From Hyaloraphidium curvatum SAG 235-1 (lineage: Eukaryota; Fungi; Monoblepharomycota): 64,000 bases of DNA. Position 1 is the first letter of the stretch. Every line of letters begins with the position of its first letter. Below the pieces are notes generated by a model. It did not search any database. It had not been told where the DNA came from and saw only the letters and a list, made by a program, of their open reading frames with translations. The position numbers and the translations under genes were made by a program. Shown here piece after piece: positions 1-8,673 of the stretch. Location: contig JAIVFI010000038.1 in the NCBI GenBank assembly GCA_025558095.1, forward strand, positions 372,001 through 436,000, in the 5' to 3' direction.

Positions 1-43
1 TAGGCATGCAACCAATGAATCAATCATCAAATAAAAGCAAACA

Positions 44-3000
44 TCAGTGAAGTTGCGACAAAGACGCCCCCGCGAGCGCCAGGCTCCACCTGACCACGGG
101 GTCCCTCCCCGTATCCCCGCCCGCGCCCACGCAGCCCGCGCAGAGCTGCTCCGCCCGATCGGGATGGAACGACTCGTTGGCCACGAACGTCCCGCTCGCG
201 GCGAGGCACGAGTCGCAGTACCCGTCGTGCGAGCGGAGCACCCAGCGGTCCGAGCCCGTGTGGTTGTGCTCGAGCCAGGTGGCCAGCGTGGGGTTCACGC
301 CCAGGCGGTGCTTGGCGCGGGTCATGGCCACGTAGACGAGGTTCAGCGCCTCGGAGTTGGGGATCTTGTCCGGGGTCCGCTCCGCGATGATGCTGTCGGC
401 GGCGGCGGTGAGGTCGATAAAGTCGTTGGTCAGCTCCACGTGGTCGAATTCGAGGCCCTTGGACTTGTGCAGCGAGGTGAAGATCTGCGGACGTGCGGTC
501 AGCAGCCATCCGGGAACTCCCAGGGAGCGACGCACCATGTCAGCGGACATGTGGTCGTCCACCATCCGGTTCTCGACCGCGCGGAGCAGCGCCGGCGCGT
601 CCTCCCCCTGCAGATCCTCGACCACCTCCCGGATAGTGTGCAGCTCCGCGTCCGCGCTCTCCTCCAGGTCCTTCTCGAAGTCCGCCCACGTGTTGTACCA
701 CTGCCTCATCGGCCCGCGCATGAGGTGCTTGCGCCCCTTCTTGAGGTAGTAAGCGTCCGTCAGCTGCCCGATGATCCGCCGCAGGTTGGCCTTGGAGATG
801 GTGCACCCCAGCGTGGAGGTCCGGTCGCGGGCGGCCACCCGCACGGCGCGGAGGAGCACGTGGTGGTTGGTCCGGCAGATGTGGGTGGTCTTTTGCGGGG
901 GGAGGAGGTCGGAGGGGGCCGCGAGCTGGGAGGAGGCCGGAGCGGCGAAAAAGGCCGACTGGGAGCCCTCAAAGTCCATGGGGTCCGAGGGCGCGGCGGC
1001 GGAGGTGTCCGGCGCGGGTTCGCCGCCGGCCGCGGCGCCGGCGGGGTCGGCCTCGGCTGGCGGCTGCTGCGCGTCGGTCGAATGGTACACGACCGTCGAC
1101 CCGCCGGGCTTCCTGGTTCCCCACAGCGGCGCCGACTCGTTCTTGAGGTTGGTCAGGACGATGCTGGCCAGGTTGGCGATGCCGATGTCGAACCGGAACG
1201 AGACCGTTAGCCGGAGCACCTTGGTCGGCTGCAGGATCCGCTCGAGGTCGCGCACGGCCCCGCGCCACCCGTAGATACGCTGGTGCTCGTCCCCGACGAG
1301 GATCTTGCGCGGGGCGTCGGGCGCGTCCCGGCGCTGGTTCCGGACCGCCTCGATCATCACCGCCGTGGCGTCCTGCGCCTCGTCGAAGAAGATGTAGTCG
1401 TAGCTCGAGCCCATCTGGAAGTTCTGCTGGAACGCCACCTTGAGGTAGCCCTCGGGCGGCAGCTTGACGTCCATGTCCGCGGGGTCGATCATCCTCTTCC
1501 AGAGCTGGAACGGCCAGAGTCGGTGTGCCACCCAAACCTCCACGGCGCAGATGAAACCCACCTGGGACGCGAACCTGACGTACTCTGCCGTCGTCGCGTA
1601 CTGCACCCTCTCCTCCCAATCGTCCCCCGGCCTCCTCCTCCTCGCGGGCGCCCGCGGCGACATGCTCGCCCCCTCCTCCCCCCTGCGCTTCTTGTAGTGG
1701 TCCGCCGCCCTCGCCGGCACGTTGCCCTCGTGCACCGCCGCCCCCGTGCCGTAGCAGAATCTCTGCACCGTCCCGATGACGAAGGCCGCCACCGTCCGCG
1801 TGCACTGGAACATCCTGCACACGGGCTCGACCGCCACCGCGCCGTGCTCGATCTTGCCGCCGTACTGCGCCCTCACGTGCTCCAGCGCGAGCGAGTGCAT
1901 GGTCCGGCAGGCGACGTTGCGCGGGAAGCGCAGCGCGGAATCGTGCGCGATGTCGCGGTTGAAGGCCACGTAGAGGAAGCTCGCGCGGGGGCGGGCGCGC
2001 GCAAACTCGACGAGCGTGCTAGTTTTTCCCGTGCCGGCATAAGCGAGCACGAGGAGGAGCTGGCCCGGCTTCAGGTCGTCGTAGCGGACGACGGCGAGCT
2101 GCTCGTCGGTCAGGCGGCGTTGGCCGTCGGCAATGCGGGAGGGATAGTCGTAGTGGTCAAAGTGCTTCACGGCTTCCGCCACGTCGTGCACGATCCTCCC
2201 AATCGAGGTGGTCCGGTCCAGCCGCATCCCATCGTCGCCTTCGGGCACGGGGCCCTGCGTGAGCTGCACCGCCTCCCCCACCGCGGCGTCGAACTCCTCC
2301 GCGTCCAGGGGCGGGAACCCGTCGTCGTCGTCGTCCTGAGCCACTACGGGGGGCTGGTACCTCCGCCTCGCGAGCTCCTCCCGGACCTGCCGCGGCATAA
2401 GGTCGAACTTGACCGTGAGGAGCAGCACGAATGCATGGAAAAAGTCCGACAGGTGTGCCCAATCGAGCGCCGTCCGCCGGAGGAGGAACCGCAGCAACGA
2501 CTCGACCTCGGCCGACGAGCGGACCAGGAAGAGCAGCGCCGCGGCTAGCAGCACGAAGGGGTGGGTTCGGAACGTCCGCGCGCAGTCCATGTACCGGTCT
2601 AGCCCGGCCAGCATGGCAACATAGGACCGCGCCGAACCCGAAAACGCAAAGAACCGCTGCAGAGCGTCCTGCACTCCCGTCCCGCCCACCCTGTCGCCGC
2701 GGGATGCCCACTCGTCCAGCAGGAAGAACCGCAGCACGTGCGCCAGCCGCGGCTCGGGCTGCGGAGCCCCCGGACGGGAGGGGAGGTGCGGCAGCTCGTG
2801 CAGCCGGCGGAACAGGTCTCCGGGCAGCCTGCTGCAGGCGGCCGCAACTTCCTGCGCCAGCTGGACTTGTTGGGCCATCAGCTGCGTGCCCTGGGTGAAG
2901 TCCCGCGCGGCGGCGGCGCGCGCTTTTGCGAGGGCCGGCTCGAGCGCCCGCACGCGGAGCGCGAACGCCGCGGCGGCCTTGCGCCACGGGAGAAACGTGT

Positions 3001-3271
3001 CGCGGTCGACGATGTCGCGGAACGCCCACGACACGCGGCGGAGGCGTGCGAGGGTCTCGAGCGGGGCGAACGCCGCGATGGTCGCGAGCAGCTCGGCGGG
3101 CAGGTCGGCGAGGGAACGCCCGGGCGCCGCGGGGGCCGCCAACACCATGGGCGGGCCCGGCATGGCGGAGGCCGCCGGCTGCCCGGAGCCGGAGAAATTG
3201 GCCGGGAGCTCTTCAAGCAGAGAGTTGTCGCTTGTGAAAAGTCCCTTACCTTTCCGCCTTGCCTCTTCCAT
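44..3271 (-). CDS. FBH1: F-box DNA helicase 1 (UvrD/SF1 helicase with N-terminal F-box); 2 in-frame introns (485-535, 1505-1561)
   Basis: F-box LADLPAELLATIAAFAPLETLARLRRVS. SF1 motifs AYAGTGKTSTL, DEAQD, VGDEHQRIYGWRGA, LTVSFRF, SLHKSKGLEFDHV, NLVYVAMTRAK. C-terminal CxxC..CxxC. Two GT..CAG segments of 51 and 57 nt interrupt the conserved sequence. Confidence 0.9.
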   Translation of the reverse strand: MEEARRKGKGLFTSDNSLLEELPANFSGSGQPAASAMPGPPMVLAAPAAPGRSLADLPAELLATIAAFAPLETLARLRRVSWAFRDIVDRDTFLPWRKAAAAFALRVRALEPALAKARAAAARDFTQGTQLMAQQVQLAQEVAAACSRLPGDLFRRLHELPHLPSRPGAPQPEPRLAHVLRFFLLDEWASRGDRVGGTGVQDALQRFFAFSGSARSYVAMLAGLDRYMDCARTFRTHPFVLLAAALLFLVRSSAEVESLLRFLLRRTALDWAHLSDFFHAFVLLLTVKFDLMPRQVREELARRRYQPPVVAQDDDDDGFPPLDAEEFDAAVGEAVQLTQGPVPEGDDGMRLDRTTSIGRIVHDVAEAVKHFDHYDYPSRIADGQRRLTDEQLAVVRYDDLKPGQLLLVLAYAGTGKTSTLVEFARARPRASFLYVAFNRDIAHDSALRFPRNVACRTMHSLALEHVRAQYGGKIEHGAVAVEPVCRMFQCTRTVAAFVIGTVQRFCYGTGAAVHEGNVPARAADHYKKRRGEEGASMSPRAPARRRRPGDDWEERVQYATTAEYVRFASQVGFICAVEVWVAHRLWPFQLWKRMIDPADMDVKLPPEGYLKVAFQQNFQMGSSYDYIFFDEAQDATAVMIEAVRNQRRDAPDAPRKILVGDEHQRIYGWRGAVRDLERILQPTKVLRLTVSFRFDIGIANLASIVLTNLKNESAPLWGTRKPGGSTVVYHSTDAQQPPAEADPAGAAAGGEPAPDTSAAAPSDPMDFEGSQSAFFAAPASSQLAAPSDLLPPQKTTHICRTNHHVLLRAVRVAARDRTSTLGCTISKANLRRIIGQLTDAYYLKKGRKHLMRGPMRQWYNTWADFEKDLEESADAELHTIREVVEDLQGEDAPALLRAVENRMVDDHMSADMVRRSLGVPGWLLTARPQIFTSLHKSKGLEFDHVELTNDFIDLTAAADSIIAERTPDKIPNSEALNLVYVAMTRAKHRLGVNPTLATWLEHNHTGSDRWVLRSHDGYCDSCLAASGTFVANESFHPDRAEQLCAGCVGAGGDTGRDPVVRWSLALAGASLSQLH

Positions 3272-3348
3272 CGCGTCTTCCTGCCCTCATATTGGGCCAC
3301 ACGCGACTCTAGACCCCATTCGTCGGACCAATCTCAACCAGATCAGCG

Positions 3349-4140
3349 ATGGCACCCCCCGCTTGGGACTCGCAGGTCGCCCTCGTCACGGGCGGCTCCC
3401 GCGGCATCGGCGCGGCCATCTGCCTCGAGCTCGCCCGCCTCGGCGCCGCCGTGGCCGTCAACTACTCCTCCTCCCCCGAAAAAGCCGAGGCCCTGGCCGC
3501 CGAGATCCGCGCGGGCGGGGGGAAGGCGGCCGCGGTGCGGGGCGACGTGGCGGACGGGGAGCAGGTCCGCTCGATGGTCGCCAAAACCGAGCGCGAGCTC
3601 GGGCCGATCACCATCCTAGTGTGCAACGCGGGGATCGTGTGGCCGGCGACGATCGACTCGTGGGACGCGGAGGGGTTCGCGAGGCTCAGGGCGGTCAACG
3701 TGGACGGGATGATCCGGTGCGTCCAGGCGGTGGCGCCCGGAATGAGGGAGCGGAGGTACGGCCGGATCGTCAACCTCTCGTCCGTGGCGTCGTTCGGCAA
3801 CACCGGGTTCGCGGGGAACCACTTCTACGCTTCCACGAAAGCGGAAATCAACGTGCTCACGAAGCGCTTCGCCCTCGAGCTGGGCAAGTCGGGCGACATC
3901 ACCGTCAACGCTGTGGCCCCCGGCCTGGTCAAGAGCGACATGACCAGCTCCAACATGACCGAGGACGAGTGGCGCGCGCGCAGCGAGGCGTTCGGCAAGC
4001 TGGCGATGCTGGGGCGGACGGGGGAGCCCCCCGAGATCGCGGCCGCGGTGGCGTTCTTCGCCTCGCCGGCGGCGTCGTTCGTCACGGCGCAGGTGCTCGC
4101 CGTCGACGGCGGGCGGACGGACTACATCGGGCATGGGTGA
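3349..4140 (+). CDS. Classical short-chain dehydrogenase/reductase (FabG-like), intronless
   Basis: TGGSRGIG, CNAG, NLSS, catalytic YASTK, VNAVAPG, C-terminal VDGG. Confidence 0.92.
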   Translation: MAPPAWDSQVALVTGGSRGIGAAICLELARLGAAVAVNYSSSPEKAEALAAEIRAGGGKAAAVRGDVADGEQVRSMVAKTERELGPITILVCNAGIVWPATIDSWDAEGFARLRAVNVDGMIRCVQAVAPGMRERRYGRIVNLSSVASFGNTGFAGNHFYASTKAEINVLTKRFALELGKSGDITVNAVAPGLVKSDMTSSNMTEDEWRARSEAFGKLAMLGRTGEPPEIAAAVAFFASPAASFVTAQVLAVDGGRTDYIGHG

Positions 4141-4200
4141 GCGCGGGTGGCTCGAGAGCTTTTGCTGGCGGGATGAGAACACGATCTTGGGAATGGCGTT

Positions 4201-5559
4201 TCACGCCTCCTGCATCTCGAGCCCGGCGACCATGACGGGGAGCTCTCCCGGCTCCGAGGGTTGGCCCTCCAGCTCCTCCTCCGCGAGCCGGCAGGCGAGC
4301 TCGAGACCCCGCAGGAGGTCCTCGTCCGGCTGCGCGGTCGTGGCCTCGGCCTCCGCGATCCTCGGATCCGCCAGCAGCACCTCCAGCACCGCCCCATCCC
4401 CCGCCGCGCGGGCCACATCCAGCGCCGTCTTCCCCGCCCCATCCCTCGCAAAAGCATCCACCTTCCCGCACCCCAACAACAGCCTCACCACCCCCGCCCT
4501 CCCCTCCCCGCACGCAACATGCAGCGCCGTGCTCCCCGCCGCGTCCCTCTCCCCCGCATCCACCCTCGCATCGTCCAGCAGCAGCCTGACGATGGCCTCC
4601 TGCCCGTTCCCGCACGCCGTCAGGAACCCCGTACGGCCGGCGTGGTCCGTCCCCGCACGCGCGCCCACGTCCGTCCGCGGGTCGGCGAGGAGGAAGCCCA
4701 CGACGTCCAGGTGTCCCCGCGCGCAGGCGAGGAAGAACCCCGTCCGCCCCGCATGGCCGCGGGCGTTGACGTCGATCCCCGGACGGGAGAGGAGGATGGC
4801 GAGGGTGATGAAGTTGCCCGCGTCGCAGGCGACCATCAGCCCCGTCCAGCCGCGGGCGTCGCGGGCGTCGGCGTCGACGCGGGGGTGGGACGCGAGGAGG
4901 CGCACGACCTCCATGCGGCCGTTCTGGCACGCGAGGAAGAAGCCCGTTTCGCCGGCCCCGTTGCGGGAGTTGGGATCCACCCTCGGGTGGTCGAGCAGCA
5001 TCGCGGCGATCGGCCCGTCGCCGGCGGCGCACGCCGCGGGGAAGGCGGCGGGATCGACCTCCGCGCGGTCGCTCGCCAGCAGCAGGCCGACGACCCCCGT
5101 GCGGCCGTTGCGGCAGGCAAGCAGGAACCCCGTCTCGCCCGCCGCGTTCCCGGCGTTTGGGTCGATGCGCGGATCGCCGAGCAGCATCCGCACGGCCTCC
5201 TCGTGCCCCGCCCCGCACGCCATCACGAACGCTTCCCGCGACGCGCCGACGTCCACCCTCCCGCACGCCAGCAGCACCCGCACCACCTCGGCATGCCCCC
5301 CCTCGCACGCCCTGTCGAACCCCGTGCAACCCTTTTTGTCCCTCCCGTTGACGTCCACCCTCGAACTGCTCAGCAGCATCTCCACCACATCCGCCCTGCC
5401 GCGCGCGCAGGCGACCGCGAACCCGGAGCGGCCGTCGTGCTTCTGCGGTGCGTCGGGGTCGGTTTCGGGGTCCGCGAGGAGGACGGAGAGGTGGGCGAGG
5501 TCGCCGGTGCGGCAGGCGAGGAGGAACTGGCCGTTCTTGCGCTCGGGGGTGAGCTCCAT
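4201..5559 (-). CDS. Ankyrin-repeat protein, intronless
   Basis: About 10 repeats of type G-x-TGFxxACxxGxxxVVxLLL..xxVDxNA. Confidence 0.9.
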   Translation of the reverse strand: MELTPERKNGQFLLACRTGDLAHLSVLLADPETDPDAPQKHDGRSGFAVACARGRADVVEMLLSSSRVDVNGRDKKGCTGFDRACEGGHAEVVRVLLACGRVDVGASREAFVMACGAGHEEAVRMLLGDPRIDPNAGNAAGETGFLLACRNGRTGVVGLLLASDRAEVDPAAFPAACAAGDGPIAAMLLDHPRVDPNSRNGAGETGFFLACQNGRMEVVRLLASHPRVDADARDARGWTGLMVACDAGNFITLAILLSRPGIDVNARGHAGRTGFFLACARGHLDVVGFLLADPRTDVGARAGTDHAGRTGFLTACGNGQEAIVRLLLDDARVDAGERDAAGSTALHVACGEGRAGVVRLLLGCGKVDAFARDGAGKTALDVARAAGDGAVLEVLLADPRIAEAEATTAQPDEDLLRGLELACRLAEEELEGQPSEPGELPVMVAGLEMQEA

Positions 5560-6037
5560 CGTGAGCGTGGAGCGGGGTGGGAGAGAGGGCGCGGCTTTGG
5601 TGGCCTGTGGACGAGTGGGGAGCGAGACGCGGCTGGCGTCGCGAGTGAGCCGCGGTGCTGCGCCACGCTACGCGTGTAGCGCTGCGACGACGGACGGTCT
5701 GCGATAGCGGAATCCCGTCGCGCACGTCGATCCAAGTTGCCCATTGGCGTGGATGTCAGGTTCATCCGAACATGACAGTAAAGGAATGAGGCCGGAAGCA
5801 ATACAGGCAGCTGAGGGCTTGAAGCCCGTCCTGCCGAACCCCTCCCCTCCCGGTCTCCCCGCTCCTTCCGCCCAAACCCGCGAGCAGGGCTGCCGTGCCA
5901 TCTCCTGGCCATCACCTGCACCTGCCTCGATTTGCTGGCCGGGCTTTCCCGCACGGGAGCCCTCCGTTGGTGGATGGGTCCGGCTGAGCCAGGTCCGTTT
6001 TCCCGGGCGAAATCGCCGCAGTCACAAGGACACGAGG

Positions 6038-7699
6038 ATGGCCCCCCGGCCCCCCGCGGGCGCCGTGTTCCCGGGCGACGAGCTGCTGCGGCGCGATCGC
6101 GGGCTGCGCGGGTTGCTCCCTGCGGCGCTGCTGATGGCCGCGCTGTTTGCGTGGGCGCTGCCGCTGCGGGTCGCGGGCAGGCAGGCGGCGCTGTCGACGC
6201 TGCCGGGCCCCGCCGCGGGCCGCAATCTGCTCGGCGGGTACGGCGACGCCGCGCTGGCCGCGTGGGGCGCCAACCAGACGGCGGCGTCGCTCGCCGCGAT
6301 CGCCGCCAACGCGCGGCTGCCCGGCGCCGCAAAGGGCGCGCTCGCCGCCTCGCCGTCCACGGCCGACCCCGACTACGCGTACCACTGGACGCGCGACGCC
6401 GCGCTGGTCATGTCGGCCGTGGCCGCTGCCGCCCCCTCGCGCCCGCACCTGGTGCCGATCCTCGCGGACTGGCTCACATTCGAGATTAAGCTGCAAAAGA
6501 CCGACGCCCCCGCCGGCCTCGGCGAGCCCAAGTTCAACCTCAACGGCACGCCGTACACGCTTCCGTGGGGCCGCCCGCAGAACGACGGCCCCGCCCTGCG
6601 CGCCCTGGCCGTGCTCCGCACCCTCCGCACCCTGGAGGCGGCCAACCTCTCCCTCGGCATCGATCCGGACCTGCTGTACAACCCCAGCATGCCCGCCGCC
6701 TCGCTCCTGAAGCGCGACCTCGAACACGCCGCGCGGGAATGGCGCAACCCGTCGTTCGACGCGTGGGAAGAGTGCAGGGGATACCACTACCACACCCGGA
6801 GGGTGCAGGCGCTCGCGCTGTTCGAGGGCGCTTTGCATGCGGCGAAGCGCGGGGACGGGGGGGCCGCCAGGTGGTACCTGGAGAACTCGATCGGCGCGGA
6901 GCGGGCGAGCAGGGAGGCGTGGGACTGGACCCACGCCGCGGCCCCACCCGGATCGCTCGGTGTTCCCTCCGCTGCCGGGGAGGGCAACTCCCGCTGGCTG
7001 AGGGCGGCGGTCGGGACGGACGGGTGCATCCCCTGGAAGGTGTCGCAGATGGACTCGCAGGCCTCCCTCGCGCACCTCCACGCCGACCCCTCCTGGCCCG
7101 CCTTCCTGCCCCCGCCGTCGGGCGTCGCCTACGCGCACGCGCGCCACGCGCCGCAGGTGCTCGATTCCCTGCTCGCCCTGTCGCGGTCGTTCGCTTCCCT
7201 CTACACGATCAACGCCGTGGTTGAGGATCCGGCGACGGGGCTACCGCTGGCCCCGGCGCTCGGGAGGTACCCCGAGGACCGGTACACCGGCACCTCGGTC
7301 GAGGAAGGCGGCGGCAACCCGTGGGTGCTCACGACCGCCGGCGCGGCGGAGGTGCTCTACCGGCTCTCCCTCTCCGCCGACGGGATCCCCGCCAAGGCCG
7401 CCGGCACCCTGCGCGCGCTGCACGCCGTCGCCACCGGCACCCCGCCCCCCGAGGGCGAGGATCCCCGCGCGGCGGCGTTCAGGGCCGGGGACGCATTTCT
7501 GAGGAGGGTGTGGTTCCACGCCACCCCCGCCGCGCGGCGCTCGGCGGGGGTGCCGCTGAGCGAGCAGCTGGACCGGGACACGGGGGCGATGAAGGGCGCG
7601 AGGGAGCTCAGCTGGAGCCACGCGGCCGTGGTGACGGCGTTCATGGCCAGGGAGAGGGCGGAGGAGGCGCTGCGTGGCACGGCAAAGGCGAGGCTGTGA
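6038..7699 (+). CDS. Glucoamylase, glycoside hydrolase family 15
   Basis: ASPSTADPDYAYHWTRDAAL, GLGEPKFN, WGRPQNDGPALRA, FDAWEE, ALGRYPEDRY, GNPW, LSEQLDR, ELSWSHA. N-terminal hydrophobic segment. ATG 6038 preferred over the upstream TTG. Confidence 0.92.
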   Translation: MAPRPPAGAVFPGDELLRRDRGLRGLLPAALLMAALFAWALPLRVAGRQAALSTLPGPAAGRNLLGGYGDAALAAWGANQTAASLAAIAANARLPGAAKGALAASPSTADPDYAYHWTRDAALVMSAVAAAAPSRPHLVPILADWLTFEIKLQKTDAPAGLGEPKFNLNGTPYTLPWGRPQNDGPALRALAVLRTLRTLEAANLSLGIDPDLLYNPSMPAASLLKRDLEHAAREWRNPSFDAWEECRGYHYHTRRVQALALFEGALHAAKRGDGGAARWYLENSIGAERASREAWDWTHAAAPPGSLGVPSAAGEGNSRWLRAAVGTDGCIPWKVSQMDSQASLAHLHADPSWPAFLPPPSGVAYAHARHAPQVLDSLLALSRSFASLYTINAVVEDPATGLPLAPALGRYPEDRYTGTSVEEGGGNPWVLTTAGAAEVLYRLSLSADGIPAKAAGTLRALHAVATGTPPPEGEDPRAAAFRAGDAFLRRVWFHATPAARRSAGVPLSEQLDRDTGAMKGARELSWSHAAVVTAFMARERAEEALRGTAKARL

Positions 7700-8673
7700 A
7701 ATTGGGGCTGCGGACTGCATGCGCTGTATTCATCCGGATGTACAACAGACATTGCTCATCCCGCTGCTTTGGCATCGTCCGTAGGGAGCGGGTCCGCGCG
7801 GCATCGGCCTCGGGTCGGCAGCGCGGCCCGCCCGGGCCTGGGTCCCGTGCCGCACCCCGATCCCGACCCCGATCTCCCACCCCGGGGCGCCGGACGCCCG
7901 CGGCCGCACTTAATTGCAGACTACCTGGCATGGAGACCGTCTGGCTACGTTGGTGGGGCGGTCCGCCGGGGGGGTGGAGCGTCCCACCTGCTGTGCCGCC
8001 CGGGCGGATGACGTAAACCGCGCTCCGTCCCTAACCCACCTCACTCGATTCTGTGGGGGGAATTGAATTGGAGGGCGGATGGAGGTGAGGTGGTGGTGGC
8101 AAGAGGCGCCGATTCAGGGGAGCGGTGGGGGACGGGCTGTGGCATCGGCGGCGTCCCGGTCATCAACCCCGCGGCGGTGTTGGATATGACGCATCCGATC
8201 GGCAAGTCCCGTTGCGGGCGTGGGGGGCGAGCGCGCGGGCCATCCACCGTGCCGGGGGGACCGTGGGGTGCTGCCGGACGGGATTGGGGGCATCCGGAGC
8301 CGGATAGGGCCGCGGACGGCGCTCGGAGAGGCGGGCGGATGAACCGGCGAACAACCAGGGATGCTTTTTTTCTGCGGCAAGCCCGAGCGCCGGCGACCTC
8401 CGCGGGCGGTGTCGCCGAACGCCCGCCGCCGACGCCGTCACCAACCTCATTCGGCGACCGCGGCAACACCGGAGCGCCGGATCGCCGGCGCGGACCGGAT
8501 CGGACGATTGGCGAGCGGGTTGCGGCGGACACCGCGGGCCGCCGTCCCGGCAACCGCTTCTTTCGCGGGGCACCGCCCTCGGGCACCCCGCCCCTCCTCC
8601 CCGCCGGCCTGCCGCCGCGGGGATCCGAGACACTCCTGGGCAGCGTAGGGGGCAGCGCGCCCGCCGGGCCGCG

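Noticed and set aside
4082-5725. Several 450-550 aa ORFs overlapping the ankyrin gene on both strands, with similar stacks over most genes
   Set aside because: Shadow ORFs of GC-rich coding DNA: Arg/Gly/Pro/Ala-rich with no motifs, while one frame carries clear family signatures.
5744-6037. 98-codon upstream extension of the glucoamylase ORF
   Set aside because: Starts at TTG, low complexity, lies in the divergent promoter; ATG 6038 precedes the hydrophobic segment.
8041-8673. ORFs and a single CCCTAACCC just upstream of the PAN gene
   Set aside because: No coding signature; one telomere-like unit is not an array.
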